This document shows, in pieces, positions 8,011 to 17,100 of a stretch of DNA of 22,356 bases. The stretch comes from Candidatus Micrarchaeota archaeon (GTDB taxonomy: Archaea > Micrarchaeota > Micrarchaeia > Anstonellales > Bilamarchaeaceae): positions 1 to 22,356 of the forward strand of contig JBGFRX010000024.1 of assembly GCA_041694885.1 (NCBI GenBank). The letters are read 5' to 3'. Both the position numbers and the translations under genes were made by a program. The notes beneath the pieces were generated by a model. It ran no database searches. It saw nothing but the letters and a program-made list of their open reading frames with translations, and was not told the DNA's origin. Each line of letters opens with the position of its first letter. The first letter of the stretch is position 1.

Positions 8011-8747
8011 TCGAAAAGGCGGAACTCGAGCGCATTGCGGCGCTGGGCCGGCTCGCGCCCTATCAGCAGGAAAAGCACTACGTCCAAAGCGTAATGCTGT
8101 GGGCGATTTCCGGCGAAAGCGAACTGGTATTTAAGGGAGGGACCGCGCTTTGGTTTTTCCATGGCCTAAACAGGTTTTCCGAAGACCTGGATTTCACCAC
8201 GATCGGAAAAATCAATTATGAAAAATTGACTCGGGTAGTGCAGCAGCAGCTGGATTTCAGGGGTATCAAAGGCGTGCTGAAGAACATTGAAAGCAGGGCT
8301 GGTTTCACATTCAGGGTGGGCGCAGAAGGGCCGTTGTTCGAATCTGAATCTCAACGCTGCTTCGTGCGCGTGGAAATAAGCAAACGAAAGGATATCCTGC
8401 TTCCACCTGTTCTGAAGATCTATACGCCGCCCTACAACGACCTTTCCCCATTCTCACTGAAGGTCATGGACGAAAGGGAAATTTTAGCTGAGAAAGTGAG
8501 GGCGGTGCTTACGCGCAGAAAGGCGCGCGACATCTTTGACCTCGCGTTCCTTATCTCCAAGAACGTTCCTGTTGATCTGAACCTGATAAAAAGGAAAACC
8601 GAGAGATATGCCGAGTTCAGCCTGGAAGCCCTGAAAAAGTGCGTGCGCGGGGCGCATGCTGGATGGAAAAAGGAGGTTGGTTGGATGGTTTTCGGGCCCG
8701 CGCCTGAGTTCGAAGAGGCGGAAAAAATCATTTTTGCCGCGTTCTGA
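8007..8747 (+). CDS. abiEii: type IV TA toxin, AbiEii nucleotidyltransferase
   Basis: LVFKGGTAL, RFSEDLDF, EILAEKVRA and RDIFDL; ATGA overlap with the antitoxin. Confidence 0.93.
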   Translation: MIEKAELERIAALGRLAPYQQEKHYVQSVMLWAISGESELVFKGGTALWFFHGLNRFSEDLDFTTIGKINYEKLTRVVQQQLDFRGIKGVLKNIESRAGFTFRVGAEGPLFESESQRCFVRVEISKRKDILLPPVLKIYTPPYNDLSPFSLKVMDEREILAEKVRAVLTRRKARDIFDLAFLISKNVPVDLNLIKRKTERYAEFSLEALKKCVRGAHAGWKKEVGWMVFGPAPEFEEAEKIIFAAF

Positions 8748-8768
8748 TTTGTTTTTGTATCGGGCAGC

Positions 8769-9818
8769 TCAGAAGTACCTGAAAACATTTTTAGCTTCCG
8801 AGATGCGGGGGATCATGGCGCACAAAAATGCCTGCTCGTTCATCATCTGCCTGTCAAGCAGTCCTGCGGAAAGATAGTGTATCGCGCCTTTCTTGTACCC
8901 GATTTCTGCTATTCCGGACAATTCAGCCATTACTGCGCCCAAGTCCTTGAACTGTTTCGGGTTCTGGAGTTTCGTCCCGAAGCCCGGGACCGGGAACTGG
9001 AAACCGCCTTTTTTTAGCATTTGGATGGCTTGCGAAGGCATTTGGAAACCCATGCTGTTTCCCAAAGTTATTTTTTCGCCGTCGAAAATCGCGCATATCA
9101 CAATGTCGTGAAGATTGTTTTCGCCCATTTTGAAAATTCCGCTCTCGAACCCGATGCCGAAATCCGCATCAGTTGCAGTATATGCGGCTTTGGCCCTGTT
9201 TACCGCGCCTTCCACCGTCTCCTCGTCGAAGGGCTGCTCGCTTATCTCGCTTTCCGCCTTCATCGCTTTTATTACGAATTTCCTGAACAGGCGTTTCGCT
9301 GCTTTCTCCAATCCCTGCTTTTTCGAGGGATTGAGCGAGCCGAGCGCAAAAATTATTGGTTTGAGGCGCTTCCCTCCAAGAGTTATCTTCTTTCCGGAAA
9401 TGCGCTGCGATGAGATTTTTATATAGTCGTCTGCGTAAGCGAGAGGAATGGAAATCACGCGCAATGGCTTGCGGAAATTGAATGCACGAAGGTGGTTTAT
9501 CTCTTCCGCCACTTTTTCAGTTTCAGTGGAAACGATTATCGCGTCCGCTTCTGTTTGAGGCGCGAACCCGTATTTGTCCTCTATTTTCATGACTTCGAGT
9601 TTCCTCTTTATTCTGGTTTTTTTCATTTTGTTCTGGAGGAAATTTTCCAGATTTCGTTTCCTTTCTTCATAAGGAACAGCCGGGTGGATTTTATTTGCGT
9701 CCGCGTATTTGTCGCTCGTGAGCCCTACTGCTATTTCATCGAACGCAAGCGCCGCGTTCAGGAGTCGCTCGTGGCCAGAATGAATTATTGAAAACGTGCC
9801 GCCAAGGATGCATTTCAT
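8769..9818 (-). CDS. coaD: phosphopantetheine adenylyltransferase (CoaD) fused to YjjX-type ITP/XTP phosphatase
   Basis: N-domain GGTFSIIHSGH, VGLTSD, IIVSTET, ISSQRI; C-domain GSLNPSK, EQPF..ETVEGAVNRA, GFESG, GAIHYLS. True start taken as ATG 9818 (MKCILGG). Confidence 0.9.
   Translation of the reverse strand: MKCILGGTFSIIHSGHERLLNAALAFDEIAVGLTSDKYADANKIHPAVPYEERKRNLENFLQNKMKKTRIKRKLEVMKIEDKYGFAPQTEADAIIVSTETEKVAEEINHLRAFNFRKPLRVISIPLAYADDYIKISSQRISGKKITLGGKRLKPIIFALGSLNPSKKQGLEKAAKRLFRKFVIKAMKAESEISEQPFDEETVEGAVNRAKAAYTATDADFGIGFESGIFKMGENNLHDIVICAIFDGEKITLGNSMGFQMPSQAIQMLKKGGFQFPVPGFGTKLQNPKQFKDLGAVMAELSGIAEIGYKKGAIHYLSAGLLDRQMMNEQAFLCAMIPRISEAKNVFRYF
8802..8844. repeat. 43-bp direct repeat, copy 2
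   Basis: Identical to 7215-7257. Confidence 0.97.
8954..9004. repeat. heptamer-periodic imperfect palindrome, in frame within the YjjX domain
   Basis: GTTTCGG GTTCTGG AGTTTCG TCC CGAAGCC CGGGACC GGGAACT GGAAAC has the same architecture as 294-350. Confidence 0.7.
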
Positions 9819-9825
9819 AAAATTA

Positions 9826-9911
9826 CCCCAAGGAGACCCCTGATTTGGAATCAGGGGATGAATTGGGAGTTTTAGGTTACAAGCCTCCGATTTCAATCGG
9901 AGGTAGTTGAT
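9826..9911 (-). mobile_element. miniature non-autonomous IS200/IS605-like element (two terminal hairpins, no ORF)
   Basis: Minus strand reads ATCAACTACCTCCGATTGAAATCGGAGGCTTG ... CAATTCATCCCCTGATTCCAAATCAGGGGTCTCCTTGG, resembling the TCAACTACC-hairpin-GGCTTG left end and ATTC.TCCC-hairpin-GGGG...CC right end of IS200/IS605 elements. Confidence 0.7.
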
Positions 9912-9926
9912 AATAAACCTTAAGCG

Positions 9927-10190
9927 TTATTTTTTGCCTGCCGGCCTGGCTTCCTGCTTCTCTTTTCCCGCGAACGCCTCGTCTGTTATAGAAGTTGCGA
10001 AGCCGGCAAACGTGGTGAGCATTCCGCCGAAAAAGAGGATGTTGGATGCGTTGCCTGCGATCATCCCTCCGCTTATTACTTCCGCTCCGCCAGTTGCACC
10101 CAAGAAGGTCATCGCTGTGCCAGCGACTATGAGCGTGCTGCCAGTAAATGTATTTGTCCAGGCCATGTTAATACGATATGCGGAAAGCAA
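9927..10190 (-). CDS. small membrane protein (start uncertain)
   Basis: Two Gly-rich hydrophobic segments and a charged tail, directly downstream of the HD-GYP gene. Confidence 0.5.
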   Translation of the reverse strand: MLSAYRINMAWTNTFTGSTLIVAGTAMTFLGATGGAEVISGGMIAGNASNILFFGGMLTTFAGFATSITDEAFAGKEKQEARPAGKK

Positions 10191-11807
10191 TTAAATGTTT
10201 GTACTGCTTATTTCCTCTTTAGGCATTTTCGGCAGCACTTCGGAAACGAAAAGCTCGAAAATATCCTTGTCTATTTTTCCGGCCTCCGCCTCTTCGCGCA
10301 TTATTTCCAGCGTTTTTTCCCTTGGAAGCGCCTTCCTGTAATGCCTATCAGAGTTAAGGGCGTCATATATGTCCGCAATTGCAAGCACCTTTCCCAGAAT
10401 ATGGATATCCGCTTCCTTTAAGCCGAATGGGTAGCCGCTGCCGTCCGAACGCTCGTGGTGCTGGCCTGCGATTTCATCCAAATCCAGGGAATTTCCGGGT
10501 TTGCGTATGTTCTTGATTATCCTTATGGTGTGAATAACATGGTCCTCAATCTCCCTTCGTTCCTCCGGGCTTAGGTTGCCGCGCCTGATGGACAGTGCGT
10601 GGAACTCATCCGGTTCGATGACCCTGATGTTCGCGAAGGCGCCGAACGGCGGCCCGAGTTCGCTCTCTACCTCGAATTCCATGGAGCTTATCTTTTTGAG
10701 CATTTCGAACTCGTCTTCGCGCACCAAATTGCTTGCGCTCATTTTTCTTATGAAATTGAGATAGCCCTGAAGACCTCCCATAACTTCCTTTAACCGTTCG
10801 TCCTCGCCGTTGCCGAGCCGGGTGCTTAGGTAAAGATGGAGGAGCGAGAGCCGGAGCTCTATCACCAGCATACGGTCGTAATTCAGGCGCGCAGGTTTTT
10901 TGAGCACCGTCTCGTTAACTCCGATCTTTCCTATGTCGTGGAGCAGCGACGCGAACCTGAATTCGTTTATTTCGGCCTCGGTGAAATTTACAGCGCCGAA
11001 CGCTCCGCGGCCGGAATCGTTTATTGCCCTGATAAGATGCAACGCATAGAAAGTCACTCTCTTACTGTGCCCTAGTGAAAGAGGGTCGCGCGCCTCGACT
11101 GCGGTGAGTATCGCGTTCACGAAATTGTCGAATGTTGTTTCCATGTCCTTGTATAGTTTCGCGACCTCGAGCAGCATACCTGTCTGCGCTGCTATGGATG
11201 TGACGAGGCGTTTGTCTGCTTCAGTGAACGGGATAACGTTTTCTCTGGTATTCGTAACCTTGAGGATGGTGCCGAAGTCCCGCTTCTTGTTTATGAGCTG
11301 GAGCACCCCTATGGGCTGCCCGGTGCGATCCTTTATTGGAACCGTGAGTATGGAAATTATCTTGTAGCCGTGCCGAGCCTCGAAGTCCCTTGCAAAGTCA
11401 AGGCGCCTGTCATTGGGGATTTTGTTTATGTCTTCGAACTCGAGCGGTTCCCCAGTGAGCGCAACTGTCCCTGCAACTGTTTTCATGTCCAGAGGGATTG
11501 TGGTTTTTTGCAACTCGAATTCTTTTGAATGCGTCTGGGAAGTCCTGAACTCGAGTATGCGCCTGTTGCCCGCGCGCTCGATCATGTATAACGTCCCTCC
11601 ATCGCTGCGCGTAAGCTCCCTGCATTTCTGCAGAAGCAGTTCGAGGGTTTTTTCAGTATTCTTCTGTGAGTTTATCTCAAGGCCTATTTCGAGAAGGCGC
11701 TCGGCTTTTGCCTTGTAGTAGTTATGCTTGCTCTGGAGCTGACTGTTCTGGCGCATGAGTGCGCCTGCGAGGTTTGGTCCGAAGGAAAGGAATTCTTGTT
11801 TGCCCAA
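10191..11807 (-). CDS. GAF domain plus HD-GYP cyclic-dinucleotide phosphodiesterase
   Basis: GAF (SILTVPI...IGVLQLINK), EARDP..GHSKRV, LLHDIGK, HHERSDGSGYPFGL, IADIYDAL..RHYR; TTG start after GGAG. Confidence 0.92.
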   Translation of the reverse strand: MGKQEFLSFGPNLAGALMRQNSQLQSKHNYYKAKAERLLEIGLEINSQKNTEKTLELLLQKCRELTRSDGGTLYMIERAGNRRILEFRTSQTHSKEFELQKTTIPLDMKTVAGTVALTGEPLEFEDINKIPNDRRLDFARDFEARHGYKIISILTVPIKDRTGQPIGVLQLINKKRDFGTILKVTNTRENVIPFTEADKRLVTSIAAQTGMLLEVAKLYKDMETTFDNFVNAILTAVEARDPLSLGHSKRVTFYALHLIRAINDSGRGAFGAVNFTEAEINEFRFASLLHDIGKIGVNETVLKKPARLNYDRMLVIELRLSLLHLYLSTRLGNGEDERLKEVMGGLQGYLNFIRKMSASNLVREDEFEMLKKISSMEFEVESELGPPFGAFANIRVIEPDEFHALSIRRGNLSPEERREIEDHVIHTIRIIKNIRKPGNSLDLDEIAGQHHERSDGSGYPFGLKEADIHILGKVLAIADIYDALNSDRHYRKALPREKTLEIMREEAEAGKIDKDIFELFVSEVLPKMPKEEISSTNI

Positions 11808-11897
11808 GTTTATCTCCCCGGGATATTTGTGCGCTTAATTTTTTATATATAGTGATCGAAGACCAACGAATATAAGAAATGCTGGAGTAGTGGAAGG

Positions 11898-12926
11898 ATG
11901 CGTATTCTTCGTTTGGACAGGAAAACAGGCGAAGCATCTCTTGTTCCTGAGACGCTCGATGATTTGTGGCATTTGGAACGGATAGTTGAACCTGGGGATT
12001 TCGCAGAAGGCAGGACGTTCAGGGGTGTGAAGCTCGGAAGTGAGGAAGTGAAGAAGCCGGTTTTTGTCAGGATCGGGATTGAAAAAGTGGAGTTTGCGAA
12101 ATACGCGAACAAGCTGCGGCTTTCTGGAAAAATTGTACAGGGAGGCCCTGAAGAATTCGTGCAAAGAGGAAAATACCACACGCTCGAGGTGGAGAAGGAC
12201 GGGAAGATAACGCTTATCAAGAGTAGATGGAAGGCGCACCACCTAAAGCGGCTCAGGGAGGCGGAGAAGGAGGCAAAACGGCCGAAAATCCGGATAATTG
12301 TAATGGACAATGAAAAAGCGCTCACTGCGCTTGTGATGGGTTATGGAGTGGAGTTTGGACCTGAAATTTACAGCAAAGCGCGCAAGGGAAGTGAGAAATT
12401 CGAAGAACACCGGTTTGGTTATTACGCGGAAATAATGAAAGAAATGGAAATGCATGAAGAAAACTATGTGGTTGCGGGCCCGGGCTTCGAAAAGGATAAT
12501 TTCAAAAAATACCTGGAACGGAAGAACCCGGAACTTCTGAAACGGATTGTTTTTGAAAATGTGAGCCATGCGGAAAGGAACGGAGTCAACGAACTTTTGA
12601 AAAGGGGCATTGTGGGCCGGCTTATAGGAGAGGTGCGTATTGAGAAGGAGGGCGAACTTATCGAGCGATTGAAAATGCACATAAAGAAGGAGGATGGTTT
12701 TGCTGCCTACGGATTTGAAGAGGTGAAGAAGGCAGTGGAACTTGGAGCTGCTGAAATTGTGCTTATTGCGGACGAACTCCTGCGGACAGACAAAAAAGCT
12801 GAAGAATTAGCAGAGCTCTCGGAAAAAACATCGGCAGTGGTTGTGTTTTCCTCTGAAGCAGATCCTGGTCAGGAGCTGAAGGGGTTCAGTGGGATTGCTG
12901 CTATTTTAAGATTTAGTGTGGAATGA
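11898..12926 (+). CDS. pelA: mRNA surveillance protein Pelota
   Basis: PETLDDLWHL, LRLSGKI, GKYHTLE, VAGPGFEK, AAYG..EV..A...GA, GIAAILRF. Confidence 0.95.
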   Translation: MRILRLDRKTGEASLVPETLDDLWHLERIVEPGDFAEGRTFRGVKLGSEEVKKPVFVRIGIEKVEFAKYANKLRLSGKIVQGGPEEFVQRGKYHTLEVEKDGKITLIKSRWKAHHLKRLREAEKEAKRPKIRIIVMDNEKALTALVMGYGVEFGPEIYSKARKGSEKFEEHRFGYYAEIMKEMEMHEENYVVAGPGFEKDNFKKYLERKNPELLKRIVFENVSHAERNGVNELLKRGIVGRLIGEVRIEKEGELIERLKMHIKKEDGFAAYGFEEVKKAVELGAAEIVLIADELLRTDKKAEELAELSEKTSAVVVFSSEADPGQELKGFSGIAAILRFSVE

Positions 12927-12941
12927 ATTTCTGGTGGGAAG

Positions 12942-13559
12942 ATGGTCTCCTTTGCAGTGCTTGCGAGCGGAAACGGAACGAATTTCCAGGCGCTTGCTGA
13001 TGCAATAAACAATGGCGAGGTAAAGGGTGTGGAGATAAGGGTTTTGATTACGAACGACCCGAATGCTCAGGTTATCGAAAGGGCGAAAAAAGCCGGGGTT
13101 CCTTTCCACATCATAAAGAAAGGGGATTTCAAAACGCGTGAGGAAATGGATCTGGAGATTCTGCGGATTTTGGAAAACTACAAAGTTGATTACATTTATC
13201 TGCTCGGATACATGCTTCTGATAAAGGCGCCCGAATTCTTCGAAAGGTACGAAAACCGGATAATAAATTTGCACCCTTCGCTCCTGCCTTCTTTCCCAGG
13301 AATGGATGCATTCGGGCAGGCATTTGAATACGGATGCAGAGTAAGCGGAATCACGATTCATTTTGTTAATGCTGGTTTGGATACAGGGCCGATAATATAC
13401 CAGAAGTGCGCAGACATTTCGGATTGTAGCAACGGGGGGGAAGTGCTCTGGAAAAAGTTGAGACCGCTCGAGCACGAGGCGGTGAAGAAGGTTGCGCAGA
13501 TGCTCGCGGATGGAAAATTCATTGTAGAAGGAAGAAGGGTGAAATACATTGAACGATGA
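12942..13559 (+). CDS. purN: phosphoribosylglycinamide formyltransferase
   Basis: LASGNGTNFQA, INLHPSLLPSFPG, GITIHFV...LDTGPII. Confidence 0.96.
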   Translation: MVSFAVLASGNGTNFQALADAINNGEVKGVEIRVLITNDPNAQVIERAKKAGVPFHIIKKGDFKTREEMDLEILRILENYKVDYIYLLGYMLLIKAPEFFERYENRIINLHPSLLPSFPGMDAFGQAFEYGCRVSGITIHFVNAGLDTGPIIYQKCADISDCSNGGEVLWKKLRPLEHEAVKKVAQMLADGKFIVEGRRVKYIER

Positions 13560-13609
13560 TTATTCTAAGGTGTGTGGAATAGGGAAAACAGCCATGTAGT
13601 ATACGGGGG

Positions 13610-14170
13610 ATGGGAAAAATGAACGAACAGCACGTGCTTTTTGCAGACAAGAAAATTCATGAGTACGCCTCTTTCCTGAACGTTCTGGAATGGGTGCCTG
13701 GAATCGTCCGCGTATCAGGAGCAAAATGCAGGGAAAGTGCCGAGAAAATCCTTCTGGAAACAAAATGCGCTGGCGGCAAAACCGACTTGGTAAGCACGGG
13801 TATGGTTTTCGAAAACAGGCAAAGCGGCTTTGAAATACTGAAACTCGCGCGCGAGCTCAATCCGAAGTGCATCCTGATAATGCACACTGCTGCGTGCCCT
13901 GCTGAAGTGAAAGCCAAAGCAGCCGAATTCGGAGTACCTGGTATAATTCTATTGGAAAAAGCCGCTTTGCACGCGCATTATTTCGCGGAAATAGTAAAGG
14001 AGCTGCTTGCTAACAGCAACGGCCAGGTGCCCGTGGCACCTGCGTCTCAAAAGGCGCGCATGGATATTCTTGAGTTAAAAACACGGTTGGTAAAGAATCT
14101 CACTCCTGGGCGCGGACAGGGAACGGAGGCAACGCATAAGAATCTCAAACGGAATTCCGAAAGGTTTTAA
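13610..14170 (+). CDS. degenerate response-regulator receiver domain protein
   Basis: HVLFAD, DLVSTGM, SGFEILK...NP...IMHTA and LLEK follow CheY-like spacing, but the phospho-acceptor Asp appears replaced by Gly. Confidence 0.6.
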   Translation: MGKMNEQHVLFADKKIHEYASFLNVLEWVPGIVRVSGAKCRESAEKILLETKCAGGKTDLVSTGMVFENRQSGFEILKLARELNPKCILIMHTAACPAEVKAKAAEFGVPGIILLEKAALHAHYFAEIVKELLANSNGQVPVAPASQKARMDILELKTRLVKNLTPGRGQGTEATHKNLKRNSERF

Positions 14171-14192
14171 TGGTTGCCGACGACATAAAAAC

Positions 14193-17100
14193 ATGCTCAA
14201 ACATGTGGGTTTTGGGCTTCTTTTGCTCATTCTGGTTTCGTATGCAGTAGAGCGATTCCCGCAAAAATTCGAAAGGCCGTGGGAAACGGAATATCTGTGG
14301 CCACACAACTCAAGCGTTGTTGATTACGCATATCCGACGAGGTGGAACACTGATGTTCTTCAGGGCCTGTTGGACAATCTCGGACTCGGTCAGCTTTCCT
14401 ATCTTTACGTGGAAAACAAAAATGTGGAAAGGGCGCGTGCAAACTACACTTTGGCAAAAAACATAGTTTCGCAGATAGATGACTTTACCAACTACGGTCT
14501 GCTGCCTTATTTTTTCAATGTGGATAAAGTGTGCAAAGATCTTGGAAGGGAACCGGAAAAATGCTCATGCACCCTAAGCGGTGGTTACATTGAGTGCCAT
14601 ACCAACATAACGAGGAGTATGCGCCAAATGATCGCGAGGGGTTGGTTTTCTGCTGACTATGCAAAGGCATGGAAAGGGACTATGAACAATGCGCTCAACG
14701 CACTTGAGGAAAGCGCTTCGGAGCTCAACCAGGTGCTTTTTGACCTCAAGGTGGCTTATAAAGACGCGGATTATACAGGGATATGCTCGCGGGAAATCGC
14801 CGGTTATGAGGTGTGTGAAAACGTTTCCAGCTTCATTTCCGCAATCGATGCTGGAAGCACTGCTTCGGATTATGCTGATTTTGCACGAATCAGACGGGCG
14901 CTGGAGAACAACACCGAACGCGTGAACGACGATGCCCCTCTTCTCGACTTCGGATGGGTTATGAATGTTATGGGGAATGAGGATGGGGGCGCGATGGCGA
15001 AAGTAAACAGGATGAAATCGACATTGTGGAATTACAGGAACGGCACGGAACACCGATACCGTGTCCTGCTCGACGAAATGGATAGCGTACTTGCTAAAGC
15101 AACTCAGGCAAAGGAAAATGTGGACAGGGAGGAATTGTGGAGAATACGCGCAGGGAGTTATTTCAGAAGTATAGTGGGCGACGATGCGGCTGCGGTCAGT
15201 GAAAGGGGCGAAAAAGGCGCTGCCCTGCTGAAAAAGGCGGAAGGTGCGAAGAGCGCCGGACTTTTCGCATACGCATATGCGGAGCAGGGCTACCTCAAGG
15301 CGGCAATCGCGAATGTCACGCTCGCGAAGGCGCTTGCATCAGCTGCTGAAAGGGAGCTTGAAGGGGCTATGGAAGATGCCGAGAATGTGATTTTGGATTA
15401 CGAGGCAAAGACGATAGCCGCGCTTTCCAAAGTAGAGGCAAAGTTCGGGGAAGGCGCATGGCCTGAGAAGGCGAAGGTGCTCCATTCCAATGCGAGAAAG
15501 GAGTTCAGGGCCGGGAGGACAGAGCTGCGATATGGGCTTAAGTTCGAAGATTTTGTTTCGGCGATAAAAAGCGCGGAAGAGGCATATGCTGTTCCTGCTG
15601 AAGGGGCGCGCGACACGAATTGGAGTGTGATTGCCGCATGCACCGACGCGTCTGATTTCATAAAGAGGGCGGAAAGCGACGGACTGGATGTGGGTGCGGA
15701 GAAGGCGATGCTCGAAGTCCTGAATAAGGCAGGGAACGCGACTCTGCTTGTCTCAGGCTGCTCCGGAATAATGGAAAACCTCATTGTTACTGCAAAGGAA
15801 AAATATTCGGATTTGGGTGGATTGCGGGCAGAAACGATACGCCTCGTAGAGTTGTGCAGCTCTGACTGCAGGGACATTCAGGCTGGTTTGGAAAGGGTTG
15901 AGCAGGGCATTGTTTCAGGCGGCAAAATCACATATCCGGAAGCGCTGGGCTCACTCAGGAATCTCCGCGAAGCATACTTCAGTGCAAAGGCAAACGCAGG
16001 AAAGAGCATACGGCTGCAGGTGCAGAAGTACCTTTCGGTGTGGAGCTCTTTCTTTACAGAAAATGCAATGCTTGACGAGCCGGGCAGTGCACGACTCGAA
16101 GTGGAGATAACGAACACTGTTGATTACAGTGGGGAAAACGTGCAGGCAGAGGTGGGGAGTGCAATTCCTTTTGATGAAGGGGATTTGGTTTACGGCACCG
16201 GGGTGCTGCGCAGCACTACCTATGCAGATGGAAAGGTGCGCTTATATTTGAAGGGAATAAACGCATCACAAAAGGAAAGATTTGTTTTTGAGAAGAACAC
16301 CACTTTGCTCAGAACCGAAAGAATATCTGAAAAGGCGGTTGGGTTTGAGGATTACTCTGCAGTGGTGAATGAAAAAAGGAAACTCTCGTGCGGAGGGAAA
16401 GTGGATGGGTTTTATGCTAATACCACCTGGGAGCAACTCTCGATCAATGGAGTGCCGGTCGTTTTTGAAAATGGGTTTGCCAAAAAGCAGCTTTCAGAAG
16501 GCGATTATGATTTCGAGGCACAATATACACTTGCCGGCGCGTATTCCGAAATAATTGGAAGCAGGAGCAGCACTGCTGTTGGAATGCGGGTGTACGAAAA
16601 ATATGTGGTGAATGTCGTGCCTGCCATTGGTATGGATTATCTGCAGACGCTTGTTGTGATTCCGCAGAGCCCTTATGTAAAGGAAAAGATGGCGATACCC
16701 TTAAGTGGCGAGCGGCTCGAAAGTGCAGAAACTGGAGAGGGACTTGTGGTTTGGATTTACGGCCTGAAAAGGGGCAAAACAGCGCGGTTCCAGGTGAGCT
16801 ATTATGTTGACAACAGCAGCGAATACATAATCAAGGAGATAGAGAACCTGAGCACGAGGAACATAAGCGACGAGACCAAGGTAATATTAGGAGGGGTGAT
16901 GAAGGCGCTTGAAAGGAACGACACCGCGACAGCAGTGCAAAAAATACAGGACGCGTATGTGCAAGTGGAAAAAGAGAAACGAACGAACGCGGGGTTGGAA
17001 AGGGAATATCGAGAAAATTACGGGCTTGTTTCATTGGAATTTGAAAAAATCGAGCGTGCGCTTGGCAGCGGTGAACAGAATGAAAATTGGTTCGTGGAAA

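Noticed and set aside
9819..9896. 26-aa N-terminal extension of CoaD in the ORF track
   Set aside because: It is read-through across the hairpin element; homology starts at MKCILGGTF.
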